Shown here: one piece after another, positions 18,355 through 28,180 of the stretch
Numbering within the stretch: position 1 is the first letter of the stretch
Layout: each line of letters starts with the position of its first letter
Origin: a virus
Taxonomy: Duplodnaviria; Caudoviricetes
IMG/VR virus record: IMGVR_UViG_3300021979_000003
Span: 64,001-128,000 of that record
Length of the DNA stretch: 64,000 nt
Strand: one strand, 5' to 3'
Translations under genes and position numbers: made by a program
Notes under the pieces: generated by a model
Told to the model about the DNA's origin: nothing
Seen by the model: the letters and a program-made list of their open reading frames with translations, nothing else
The model's database searches: none

Positions 18355-18378
18355 AGGTGGGCACTGCCCACCTTTTTA
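18355..18378. terminator. terminator between convergent genes
   Basis: AAGGTGGGC-ACT-GCCCACCTT followed by T run. Confidence 0.75.
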
Positions 18379-21156
18379 CGTATCAATATGCTCGTATGTT
18401 GTAAAGCCATTTTCCTTTTTAACTAAAATTGTTTTATCAACATGTTCAACAAGCTCTTCCTTATGAGTAACCAAGTACACTGCTTTATTAAAATCTCGGG
18501 CTTTAGTCTTAAGTATTTCTACAGCATCTTTTGCTCCAACGCTATCCATACCAAAGTCTAAGATTTCATCTACGAATAAGCAGTTCATAGGATTCACTAG
18601 ATTCTCGTATAAGTCCCTGAACGCCATATTTAACGCAAAGGTTACCCTGTTCTGCTCACCCCTAGAAAGGTTGTTGAAGTTTACCTCACGGCCTTTATCA
18701 GTAATACTAAAGGTTAGGTTAGGATCAAATACGACCTGATGTGGTAGAGACAGTTGATCTACATACTGTTGAAAAACCTTATTCAAGAATGGCAGGCTGT
18801 AATCAATAATCCTTTTGCGCACAAACGAATCACGATTTGTGAGTAGTTTCTGTAAAAACTTCTCATGTGCCAATTTTCTTTCAAGGTCTTTTAGTTTAGT
18901 ATAATCAACTTCCTGTATACCTAGTTCACCACCTTCAAGCTCTTCGATTTGTTTAGTGTAAGGGTTCTCTTCCTTTTGCTTATCTTCTACTCGGGTCATC
19001 AAAGACTCTATTGTATTTTTATGATTATAAGCATCCTCAACAGTTCTATAGAAAGTATCTTGTGGTTCTTCATCAATACTTATAGAGTTAATAACCGATT
19101 CATAATCTTGTATCTTCTCTTCATAAGTATCGACTTCAGATAACTTATCATTGATATTTTCAGTAAGCATAACTTTGTGCTTTTCATGCGATCCTTCATC
19201 TTCGATGGGCTGTTCACATGTAGGGCAAATGCTTTCTTCAAAACTAACCAACTGAATGTTTAGATTTTCAAGCTCTTTAACCACACGGTTTTTATTACTA
19301 TAAAGGTTTCTTAACTCGGACTTAACCACGTTGATTTGACTCTCAACTTCTTTGATTTCGGCATTCTTTTTATGCTTCTCAATTTCAGCTTCAATGTCAA
19401 CATCACCCATACTCTGTAGAGTCTCAATAAGTTCTTGTATAGTTTTGTTTTTATTACGCTCCCATACATCAGACTTTTCTTTTAGGTTTTCGATATTCCT
19501 CAATATTCGATCATTACTTTGTTGTAATGTTTCGACACGAATCTGTTCTTTATCGATATCAATCTTTGTTTGCTTTATCCTTTCAGCCAAAACCTGTGCC
19601 TTTCTGGATAGTGCGTCAATACCAAGTATTTGCTCAATAACTTCACGCTGTACTGCCGCACTAGAACTCATAAAATGAGTAGAGTATGTATTCATGGCTA
19701 CGATAAACTTAAACAACAAAGCATTCATCTGGATAAGATTGTCTATTTCTTTTTGTGTTTCTTTGTTCTCACCATGTGCACGATTAGTATCATCTGCAAA
19801 GTCATCACTTAAAACAGTACTCTCTTCGTCAACCATTTTAATAAGCTTTAGGTTGTTTGGCTTTCTACCACGCTCGATACGATAGTCCACACCATTAACA
19901 TTAAAATCTAACGACACCATCATGTGCTTACCATTAACATAGTTCACGATATCATCTTTCTTAGATGGTGTGATTGTGTCACCATATAGTGCATAACTCA
20001 GCCCATTGATCACAGTAGTATTATGGGTAGGTATGTAATCATCGGTAATGTAAAGCTCTTCGGTATCAGCCACTTTAATACAAGCGACTTGCTGTTTATC
20101 AATCGTTTTAATAGAAGCAATCATAGAACAAAGATTCTTATGAATAGGGAAATCTTTTTTATGCTCTAAACTAAAAAGCTTGTTTGCATCTGGGTACTTG
20201 GCTCTTAGAAGTATATCTTTTTCGGTATCTTCAATGCCACGCATTTTATCTCTAATAGTATAAGCAATAAACTTCAGATCAGATACCCCAGAAAGACTCC
20301 ATGATAATCTTTGGATGTCCTTAGAAAGCTTCTTATCTTTATCTGCAAAATATGTGGTTACGTACTCTTCGTCTTGCTCACTTCTAGCATCATTGAACGC
20401 CATCATAAGATCACGACGCTGATAGTATGATCCATCCATAAAGTTTTCAGGTACATACTTTTCTTGATCAATTTGCATATCAGTGACAAATTTTATCAAT
20501 GGACATAGGGTATTCATCTTATACTTCATATGAAGGTTTCCACCCGAATATGTATATTCATACAAGTCTTCAGTCATGTAAACCTTTAGTTTGTCGAATA
20601 CCTCATATGATACATCTTTAAAAACAATACTATTATTTTTAATTTCACCACATGCGAGATATAAACCGAAAGCATAAGGATGTGTTGGCAATACAGATTC
20701 TTTATCACCAATAGTATCAACGACCGGTAATCCAACATAAACACCCGAAGTCATAGCATCATAGATTTCTTTGGTATCAACCGTCTTATATTCTTCACCA
20801 ATATACACATTCCAAAGATGCTCTTTACATGCACGTGTCTTTTTGCCATCTTTAGTTCTAATCTCATAGACGGTGCGTTCACCTTGCGGATACTTACCTA
20901 ACACGACAGTAGTAGTGCCTCTAGGTGTTAAAAGAAAATCTCCAACATCAACCTCTTTCATGGTTTTCCAACCATAAGGTGTTCTGAGTTTTGAATACAA
21001 CGGTTGGGCTTTACCAACACCATTTCTTATTCCTTCGCCGTAGTCTGGGTTACTCCCTAGAATTAGGGTAACAAACCCTTCGTCTATATTAACAGACTGA
21101 GTAACTTGCCCAACAGAGAAGAAGTTTTTTAAAGTTAAATTCTTAAATGTAATCAT
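18376..21156 (-). CDS. gp46: recombination nuclease ATPase subunit (T4 gp46/SbcC-like) with class 3 intein
   Basis: NGVGK/TT Walker A, CPTC zinc hook, LSRGEQNR signature, LFVDEILD; 596 aa after intein removal. Confidence 0.9.
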   Translation of the reverse strand: MITFKNLTLKNFFSVGQVTQSVNIDEGFVTLILGSNPDYGEGIRNGVGKAQPLYSKLRTPYGWKTMKEVDVGDFLLTPRGTTTVVLGKYPQGERTVYEIRTKDGKKTRACKEHLWNVYIGEEYKTVDTKEIYDAMTSGVYVGLPVVDTIGDKESVLPTHPYAFGLYLACGEIKNNSIVFKDVSYEVFDKLKVYMTEDLYEYTYSGGNLHMKYKMNTLCPLIKFVTDMQIDQEKYVPENFMDGSYYQRRDLMMAFNDARSEQDEEYVTTYFADKDKKLSKDIQRLSWSLSGVSDLKFIAYTIRDKMRGIEDTEKDILLRAKYPDANKLFSLEHKKDFPIHKNLCSMIASIKTIDKQQVACIKVADTEELYITDDYIPTHNTTVINGLSYALYGDTITPSKKDDIVNYVNGKHMMVSLDFNVNGVDYRIERGRKPNNLKLIKMVDEESTVLSDDFADDTNRAHGENKETQKEIDNLIQMNALLFKFIVAMNTYSTHFMSSSAAVQREVIEQILGIDALSRKAQVLAERIKQTKIDIDKEQIRVETLQQSNDRILRNIENLKEKSDVWERNKNKTIQELIETLQSMGDVDIEAEIEKHKKNAEIKEVESQINVVKSELRNLYSNKNRVVKELENLNIQLVSFEESICPTCEQPIEDEGSHEKHKVMLTENINDKLSEVDTYEEKIQDYESVINSISIDEEPQDTFYRTVEDAYNHKNTIESLMTRVEDKQKEENPYTKQIEELEGGELGIQEVDYTKLKDLERKLAHEKFLQKLLTNRDSFVRKRIIDYSLPFLNKVFQQYVDQLSLPHQVVFDPNLTFSITDKGREVNFNNLSRGEQNRVTFALNMAFRDLYENLVNPMNCLFVDEILDFGMDSVGAKDAVEILKTKARDFNKAVYLVTHKEELVEHVDKTILVKKENGFTTYEHIDT
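20020..21009 (-). mobile_element. class 3 intein (330 aa) with degenerate LAGLIDADG domain
   Basis: Starts AQPL; KEHLW, VACIKV and IPTHN/T (WCT triad); eroded endonuclease motifs FGLYLACGE and LMMAFNDARS. Confidence 0.85.
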
Positions 21157-21169
21157 TTAATCCCCACAA

Positions 21170-22192
21170 TTATAATTCATTATATATCTCAATAAGGTAT
21201 TTAGGATCATACTCACCGGAGTCCATAGACTTAATCTGCTCAACAACAATGGTATCAACACTATCACATGTTGCAGCTTCTTCTACCTCAACCCCTTCGT
21301 TATCGCCAGCATCCACACGAGATAATAATTTTATAGATCGTATGTCATAATCTTGAACTATAGTATCTCGGAATGTTGATATTTCAGAGTAGGTAGTATC
21401 CGACTCATCATAATCTATTTTTAAGTGCAATTTAGAGACACCATCGAAATGTTTCTTTGGGTCATCCTTAATCATACTATATTCATATCTTCTGTACTTA
21501 GGCGCATCAGGCCAAGCATAATATTCAGGTTCACGGTCCCACTCTAATACCATGGCTCCACGTTCATCGTCCCATACATCATTGAAATCATGTGGGAACG
21601 CATTACCAATATAGGTGACGTTGCCTTTAGTTTGTCTCTTATGGAAATGGCCGGTAAATACTTGTCCTGCCTTTTTAAAGTCGTCGTCTTTTAATTCACC
21701 AGTATCAGGCATTTTAACCATAGAGTTTAAATAGAAGTCTGGTAGCTCGAAATGACCAAAGATATATTTGTGCTTATTCTTCTTCAATTCTTTCCATTCG
21801 TCGCCCACTAGCCATGGATAGAATGCAACATCATCCTTAACTAGCTTATCATCGATATAGATAATGTTAGATAAATCCTTGGCATATATTAGTGATGATA
21901 TATCTCTATTTTCTCGGAAGTAAAGATCATGATTTCCTACAATAAAATAGGTTTCTTTGAAATTATCATTCAGTAATTTCATACCCTCATATGAATAGTT
22001 GAGGGTTTCTACGTTTACAGTTTGCCTATTGTGATGCCAATCACCTAAGAACAAACACGTTTCTATATTCTTTTCTTTTGCTATTTCTATCATCCACTTA
22101 ATAAACTGAACACAATCTTCGTTGTGTTCAGTAGAATTAGCTTTATGTCCAAAGTGAATATCTGTAAAAGCAATTGCCTTATCAAATAACAT
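21170..22192 (-). CDS. gp47: recombination nuclease subunit (T4 gp47/SbcD/Mre11-like)
   Basis: TDIHFG, GDWHH, GNHD, GHFE, GHFH metallophosphoesterase motifs, adjacent to gp46. Confidence 0.9.
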   Translation of the reverse strand: MLFDKAIAFTDIHFGHKANSTEHNEDCVQFIKWMIEIAKEKNIETCLFLGDWHHNRQTVNVETLNYSYEGMKLLNDNFKETYFIVGNHDLYFRENRDISSLIYAKDLSNIIYIDDKLVKDDVAFYPWLVGDEWKELKKNKHKYIFGHFELPDFYLNSMVKMPDTGELKDDDFKKAGQVFTGHFHKRQTKGNVTYIGNAFPHDFNDVWDDERGAMVLEWDREPEYYAWPDAPKYRRYEYSMIKDDPKKHFDGVSKLHLKIDYDESDTTYSEISTFRDTIVQDYDIRSIKLLSRVDAGDNEGVEVEEAATCDSVDTIVVEQIKSMDSGEYDPKYLIEIYNEL

Positions 22193-22202
22193 ATATGTCC
22201 TT

Positions 22203-23003
22203 TTAAGTTGGAAAAATTCTATCAGAACCTGATTTTTTAGGCTTGATTAATTTACTATAATTACTTACCGTTTTTAGTTTATCTAATTTACCTTCTAATG
22301 ATTTAGGTAAATCCTTTTCTTCATTTGAATACTCTTTCATAATAAAATCATATGAAACATTAATGTAGTCTTTGAATATTACAGACTCACACATGCGCTT
22401 GAGAGACGATTCATGGATGTTTAATACATAACCAAGCTTGGTATCCCATGTGTCTTTACTTAGCTTTAGAGACTCACAGAGTGCCCTACCGAAGACCATT
22501 CCTACGTTCTTGTGTATTGGAGAGTTATTGAGCGAACGTTGCATATTCTGAACGAACATGTAAGGCCATTTTATACTGCCACCGCAACCATCTTTAATTG
22601 TACTACTATCTATAGATATGTGATCAGAGTCTATCATATTATAAGTGCAGTATTTGTCAAACAATGTTTTTATGGCATCATTATTGTGCCACTTATCTCT
22701 AAAGGAAGGTGCGCCCAATAGAGTTGCCATATCTCTACTTGATGGCTTACATATAAAAAACAAGGTATTTACAAATGTCGTTTTATTCAGACACCTTTCG
22801 TTGCAGTTAAGAAGTATTCTTGGAAAGACGGAAGTGTCTTTGAAAAACTCTACATATAATGTAGCCAGTTCTAATAAATCTTCAGGTAAAAGGCTTTCAA
22901 TCTGATCCATAGCTTGATTTAAATCAGATATGAACTCTTTCCTAGCATCAATAGATGAACTAGAGAAGTGTTTTGTTTCTATATATTTTAATTCTAATCC
23001 CAT
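22203..23003 (-). CDS. hypothetical protein
   Basis: 266-aa ORF. Confidence 0.6.
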   Translation of the reverse strand: MGLELKYIETKHFSSSSIDARKEFISDLNQAMDQIESLLPEDLLELATLYVEFFKDTSVFPRILLNCNERCLNKTTFVNTLFFICKPSSRDMATLLGAPSFRDKWHNNDAIKTLFDKYCTYNMIDSDHISIDSSTIKDGCGGSIKWPYMFVQNMQRSLNNSPIHKNVGMVFGRALCESLKLSKDTWDTKLGYVLNIHESSLKRMCESVIFKDYINVSYDFIMKEYSNEEKDLPKSLEGKLDKLKTVSNYSKLIKPKKSGSDRIFPT

Positions 23004-23048
23004 AAAATTTTTACCTCTAAAGTGATTCTATGGGATAATTGCTATCTG

Positions 23049-23495
23049 TCAAGCCCTGATAGTAGAATTCATCTTGTTAAGTACCGTGATATTCAATGTT
23101 TTAGAATCATGACATACGTCATCACATATTACCATATCTTCCATTATTACAGCCAAATCAACTTTTCCATTGTCGTTAAACTGTATGGAAGAGATTTCTA
23201 ATTCCATATCATCACCTAGAATATATTCTAATGTATAGAAAATACCATAGGTTTTCTCAGTTCTTGTTATTTTAAATTTGTCAAATATATCCCAAACTTT
23301 TCTAGGAGCTTCTTGTTCACAGCCAATACATGATTTTTTATCTTCTTTCTGTGGGTAATTTTCCCACCATGTTACTACTTGTTTAACAACCGTTATCGTA
23401 TCCGCATCAATGTTCGTGTTAACCATTTCATTCCAGTCTTTAAAGACTTCATCGTAATGTTTTAATTCATCGGGAACATTGTATATAAACTCCAT
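23049..23495 (-). CDS. hypothetical protein
   Basis: 148-aa ORF with AAGGAAAG SD. Confidence 0.6.
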   Translation of the reverse strand: MEFIYNVPDELKHYDEVFKDWNEMVNTNIDADTITVVKQVVTWWENYPQKEDKKSCIGCEQEAPRKVWDIFDKFKITRTEKTYGIFYTLEYILGDDMELEISSIQFNDNGKVDLAVIMEDMVICDDVCHDSKTLNITVLNKMNSTIRA

Positions 23496-23511
23496 ACTCT
23501 TTCCTTATAAG

Positions 23512-23545
23512 CAAAAAAGGCCACGAAACATACGTTTCTGGCCTG
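23512..23545 (-). terminator. intrinsic terminator
   Basis: GGCCAGAAAC-GTAT-GTTTCGTGGCC-TTTTTT on the minus strand. Confidence 0.75.
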
Positions 23546-23631
23546 TAATATTTTAGAATTTTTTGATGTCAATCATAGTATCATAATCCTCACTAATATT
23601 TATTACTTGAGAACCATAATTAAATACAAAT

Positions 23632-25605
23632 TTAATATTTTATACAATACAATAGTGCAATATTCTGTGGTCTTGTTTCAGAACCACCCGTACTATTGAT
23701 GTTTAATGTATGACTATGATTACCAGCATTATTAAGACTCATACCATGTGTATGTGCACCAGCAGTAGATGTAGTATAGTCTTCAATACTACCGTCACCA
23801 TTAAGAGATAACGGACCACTGTTATCGTTGCTATAATCAGAACGACGGAAAGTATGACTATGTTCACCAGCCGATGATGTTGAACCAGTATGCGTATGGT
23901 TACCAGTAGTGTTAGTAGAGCCTGTGTGACTGTGTGACCCTAACTGATCACTTTCGGTATTACCTACTGGTCTAGTATTACTAGAACCTCGTATAAACTG
24001 ATTTTGAAGGTTTGGTAGGTTAAATGTAGTACTACCATTACCTGCACCATATAATGTTCCTATGTATGCATATAGTTCCGCATACGTTGATCTGCTCACA
24101 GCAGAGCCATCACATACTAGCCATCCACTAGGCGCTGTTTCACCCGCAAATGGTAGAACTGCTCCCGGTGGTAGAAGCTGGTTAGCAATTAGTGAGTTAG
24201 TTGGGATTTGACTAGGAGCAATACCGACATCCCTTTGTGATGCAGTACCCAAGTTTTCCACATCATTAGGAACATCCTTAAGGTTATTCCATGATATTTC
24301 ACCATTACTATCAACAACGGCAGTGCTACCCACGTCGATACCAGTACCTGTGTTGATCTTACCTTTTGAATATATACCATTAGTAGGGATAAGGCTGCTT
24401 TCACCATAATTATTAGATACTAACAAGCCACCAAGGTAAGCCCTTTGTTTATTCGAACCGTTTATCAATGCTAACGCGTTGTTGGTATCTAATGTAGACT
24501 GAGAGCCTTCTGCTTTAACATCAAGAAACGACGTTCCATTACTGAATCGTATTTTGTTTCCGCCAGATAGTGTTAGCTGGCCTGTGATTGTATCACCTGC
24601 AACGTTTACATATCTTGCTTCTAAATCACTGAAATGATAACCATCGATACGATCTGCGTTAAGCTCTGAGCCGGGACCATCTACAGTAATAAGCCTTGAC
24701 AAAATCTCAGAACCAATGTATCTTGATTCTAGATCATCTATTTTTTCATTAACGATTCTAACAGCGTTACTACTAGCAATATTAACACTACTAGTAGATG
24801 ATACGGAATCACTAATAGGATGATTTGAATCGCTGTACAGCGTATACCAAGGATCAAAATCGTTGACACCTAAGTTGCCCGTATTTTTTCTAACCTTGAT
24901 ATCATCAGAATCAGTTGATACGAAAATCTGTGAAACCCTTGGATTGGTTTGACTCGGATCAGTTCTAAGTCTTGCTGAATATATATAACCCTGCTCACCA
25001 GTAGGAGGTCTATTGACGGTACTATAACCAGCAACAAAAATACCACTAGTCATTGTATTGGCATTAGGCTCTGATACGTCTGGGTAATTAAGAAGACTAT
25101 CGAAATCAAAATCACTTTCAATAATACGTAAACCGTCTGAACTTACTTGTAGAAACTTATCAGCATTAGTAATATCTGTTGGGACAATATCAGTAACAGA
25201 TATGTTGCTTGGAATTAGTTCACCTTGACTGTTTACTTTTACGAAATCGTTTTCGTCATATTCAGACCAATCGATATCATTAGGCATCAAACGTCTATTG
25301 CTATACCCACCTTCGTTCGTTGAAAAGATAAGCACATCTTTATCCACCTCGGATTCTGATATAATAGAGGTTCCTGTAATATAACTAGCATTCCACCCAC
25401 TATTGAATGTAGGCGACTTAGCTATATCTATAGTTTGTTCATATATCTTTTCATATGTTATACTTTCATCCAAGCTACTAGTTCTGGTGATGAACTTACT
25501 TTCATCATTTAAATAATTTCGTGGACTTAGATCGTCAATATTCTGTAGATCATCAGTAGTTAAATCTCTCATTTCTTCCCCCTTTAGTATCCAATCGCTT
25601 GCCAA
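23632..25605 (-). CDS. tail fibre with tail-collar domain
   Basis: PPGAVLPFAGETAPSGWLVCDG...FNLPNL collar domain; HxH repeats; terminal ETRPQNIALLYCIKY. Confidence 0.85.
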   Translation of the reverse strand: MASDWILKGEEMRDLTTDDLQNIDDLSPRNYLNDESKFITRTSSLDESITYEKIYEQTIDIAKSPTFNSGWNASYITGTSIISESEVDKDVLIFSTNEGGYSNRRLMPNDIDWSEYDENDFVKVNSQGELIPSNISVTDIVPTDITNADKFLQVSSDGLRIIESDFDFDSLLNYPDVSEPNANTMTSGIFVAGYSTVNRPPTGEQGYIYSARLRTDPSQTNPRVSQIFVSTDSDDIKVRKNTGNLGVNDFDPWYTLYSDSNHPISDSVSSTSSVNIASSNAVRIVNEKIDDLESRYIGSEILSRLITVDGPGSELNADRIDGYHFSDLEARYVNVAGDTITGQLTLSGGNKIRFSNGTSFLDVKAEGSQSTLDTNNALALINGSNKQRAYLGGLLVSNNYGESSLIPTNGIYSKGKINTGTGIDVGSTAVVDSNGEISWNNLKDVPNDVENLGTASQRDVGIAPSQIPTNSLIANQLLPPGAVLPFAGETAPSGWLVCDGSAVSRSTYAELYAYIGTLYGAGNGSTTFNLPNLQNQFIRGSSNTRPVGNTESDQLGSHSHTGSTNTTGNHTHTGSTSSAGEHSHTFRRSDYSNDNSGPLSLNGDGSIEDYTTSTAGAHTHGMSLNNAGNHSHTLNINSTGGSETRPQNIALLYCIKY

Positions 25606-27152
25606 AATACTTGTACTGTTCTAGCAGTACCACCTCTATCTCCAACATACATATTAACTGGTTGAAACCTCGTAGTTGTTAGTCCACGGATACTAACGGA
25701 AGACTCATGTATTCCTTGGTATATATAATTTGCTTCAGTTTCCATAGTGCATGTCACGTTCAAACACACACTAGGGAAGCTTATTGGGAAGTATATATAA
25801 TTTGCAGTGCTTGACGAATCTATTAATATATTTGCAGTACCCTTACCCCATTGTATAATGAGTCCATTTGGCAACCTAGTCCAACCATTAGTACCAAAAC
25901 TTCCAGAAAAATTTGTCGAAGAACTAACAATATTATTAACTTCTCCACGACTATAAACATCTAAATTCGCTCTAGCTTGTGACTTATTTGGTATATCACT
26001 CAAGTTCAAGCTTTCATTAAGGTATCGGCTGTCCGACTCACTTTTACTATAAACATCTAAATTTTCCCTAGCGGTAGGAATATTATCAACATCACTTAAA
26101 TTATTAACGGTTTTTAATGTAAAAGTATCTATGTAATTTTTATCATATACCTCTAGGTTATCACGTGCTATTTGAGGGCTGCTTATGTCCGAGAAATTCA
26201 ATGCTTTTTGTAAGTACCTAGAATCAGTCTCGGTTGATGAATAAACACTCAAGTTTTGTCTTGCCGCTGTAGAATTATTAAGGTCGTCTAGATTATTTGC
26301 AGCATTTAAAAATCTACCATCACTTGTTGCTTTATTGTAATAGTTGGCTGATAGAGTAGAGGGAACTACTGCTACATCAGAACGCAAACCATCTTGTACT
26401 TCTGGACTGGTAGCAATTTCAATAACACCAGCAAAAGAAGTAGTAGCAGGCTGCTTAATATTATTGAATGAAGTCGCCGCATTGTTTACATCAGAAAGAT
26501 TGCCAACCCTAGACAAATAACGTGAATCGGATTCAGATTCAGAAATCACATTCAAAGAGTTTCTAGCAACAGACGCATCAGTAATATCCTGAAGGTTATT
26601 AACCACTCTTAGATATCTTCCATCTAGATCAGATACTGTGTTGCCTTCTAATGTTTGTGCATTAATAGTAAATTCATTAGGATCAAAAGGTACTGCTTCT
26701 ATCTGAGGTAAATTAGGCGCTGTAACATTTTCATTTTTAACACGCAGGAAATAACCGTTTGATGTATAATTGTCCATTCTTAAACTAGGTATAGTAACAA
26801 AATCTTGCTCAACAATTCCACCACTACCGACCTGTAAAAACTTGTACTCATTTACAGAAATACTAGACCAATCGATATCATTTGAATCAATTCTTCGGTT
26901 CTCAAACTCGTTAGATGACGAATTGAATATAAGAACATCACCTTGTTGTGGTGACTCTACTGATACATTAGTGCCACCAATTAGATCAGCATTCCAACCA
27001 GTGTCGTGTTCTGACTTAAGGGTATCAGCAATATCTATAACAAAGTCTTCATAAAACATTTTCTTGTAGCCGTTTTGATCTACAAGAATTTTAGCTCCAT
27101 CCTGAATGTCGGTTATAGGGTTTAAATCATTAATAAATACGCGTTCAGCCAT
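25584..27152 (-). CDS. tail fibre protein with 32-aa repeats and gp53-like C-terminus
   Basis: GWTRLPNGLIIQWG...FPISFP...FWQAIGY; repeats DSRYL..NLSD..AR.NL.VYS. Confidence 0.8.
   Translation of the reverse strand: MAERVFINDLNPITDIQDGAKILVDQNGYKKMFYEDFVIDIADTLKSEHDTGWNADLIGGTNVSVESPQQGDVLIFNSSSNEFENRRIDSNDIDWSSISVNEYKFLQVGSGGIVEQDFVTIPSLRMDNYTSNGYFLRVKNENVTAPNLPQIEAVPFDPNEFTINAQTLEGNTVSDLDGRYLRVVNNLQDITDASVARNSLNVISESESDSRYLSRVGNLSDVNNAATSFNNIKQPATTSFAGVIEIATSPEVQDGLRSDVAVVPSTLSANYYNKATSDGRFLNAANNLDDLNNSTAARQNLSVYSSTETDSRYLQKALNFSDISSPQIARDNLEVYDKNYIDTFTLKTVNNLSDVDNIPTARENLDVYSKSESDSRYLNESLNLSDIPNKSQARANLDVYSRGEVNNIVSSSTNFSGSFGTNGWTRLPNGLIIQWGKGTANILIDSSSTANYIYFPISFPSVCLNVTCTMETEANYIYQGIHESSVSIRGLTTTRFQPVNMYVGDRGGTARTVQVFWQAIGY
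25937..26625 (-). repeat. six ~32-aa coding repeats
   Basis: D(S/G)RYL-x4-NLSD-x6-AR-x-NL-x-VYS units. Confidence 0.8.
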
Positions 27153-28135
27153 TAGTATTCTCCATTATCAGGACCAAGTGGCGGTAGTGGTATATCGTCA
27201 CCATCACCAAGATAATCCCCACCAGTATTTACACCAAGTACAGCATCGCCATAAAGACCAAGTGCACCATCGTTATCATTAATGCCCAATACCTGATTTG
27301 GTGGTGGACTAGGCATATCGGTGAATTCACCCGAAACCACGCCAGCAATGTTCCATCTTTCTATACGATAATAAATCTTAGTACTGTGAAATATTGGCTG
27401 ATTAAAAAGTACACGTATTTTCGAATTTAGTGTGTCCACATCCGGCTCGAATTGAATGAAGTCTCCACTTATTGCAGCATTCATTAACAATTGATCATCG
27501 TCAAAACCTATATATTCATTCCCATCACCACTAGTTGAGTTATCACCCATTAAAGTAATGACACCACTACGACGATGCCAACCATCATTCTGCACTAGAG
27601 TATACGTAACACGTAGATGATATACTTGCTCTAGATCGAATTCTAGAAATAATCCTGCATCTGAGCTATCAAGCTGTTTGGTGAGAAGACTTCTAGATGG
27701 TCTTAATGAACCTATTGCAGGACTATAATTTACATTAAAGTCAGAAGGATGAATGTAATCATTCACATTCTCACTAGTAACAAATTCAATATTTGATTCT
27801 AGACGTGCAACAGCATCAGGACGATTGTTGTTGATATAGTTAACTATTTCTACAGCTTTTGATTGACTTTCAGTTTCAATAGTCAATCCTTCTTCTACTG
27901 TATAAGAGTTATAATCAACACTTGAATTTAGAAGTGTTTGAATTTCTTGAATAGCGTTAGGAAAAGGATCAATAGATACTACGTTTGCGTTTACATACGT
28001 AGAATCTTCTGGGTCTGTACCAATAAACACCTGTGCAGTATCTTGGGTAAAACCTATTTCACCTGAATCTAACTGAGGTAATTCAGAGCGTAGGCCCTGA
28101 CGTTGTAATATCTTTTCGTATCTTATATCAGCCAT
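27152..28135 (-). CDS. virion structural protein (Mtd-N-like N-terminus)
   Basis: ILQRQGLRSELPQLDSGEIGFTQDTAQVFIG. Confidence 0.6.
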   Translation of the reverse strand: MADIRYEKILQRQGLRSELPQLDSGEIGFTQDTAQVFIGTDPEDSTYVNANVVSIDPFPNAIQEIQTLLNSSVDYNSYTVEEGLTIETESQSKAVEIVNYINNNRPDAVARLESNIEFVTSENVNDYIHPSDFNVNYSPAIGSLRPSRSLLTKQLDSSDAGLFLEFDLEQVYHLRVTYTLVQNDGWHRRSGVITLMGDNSTSGDGNEYIGFDDDQLLMNAAISGDFIQFEPDVDTLNSKIRVLFNQPIFHSTKIYYRIERWNIAGVVSGEFTDMPSPPPNQVLGINDNDGALGLYGDAVLGVNTGGDYLGDGDDIPLPPLGPDNGEY

Positions 28136-28169
28136 AAATACTTGTTCCTATTGTTATAAGTATTTATGG
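28132..28169 (-). promoter_or_regulatory. late promoter inside a 12-bp inverted repeat that covers the start codon
   Basis: CCATAAATACTT-N14-AAGTATTTATGG; CATAAATA in the 5' arm, ATG of 27152..28135 in the 3' arm. Confidence 0.65.
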
Positions 28170-28180
28170 TTGCTTATTAC

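Noticed and set aside
27152-28135. Diversity-generating retroelement suggested by the Mtd-N-like start
   Set aside because: No reverse transcriptase and no template/variable repeat pair with adenine-specific mismatches in the window
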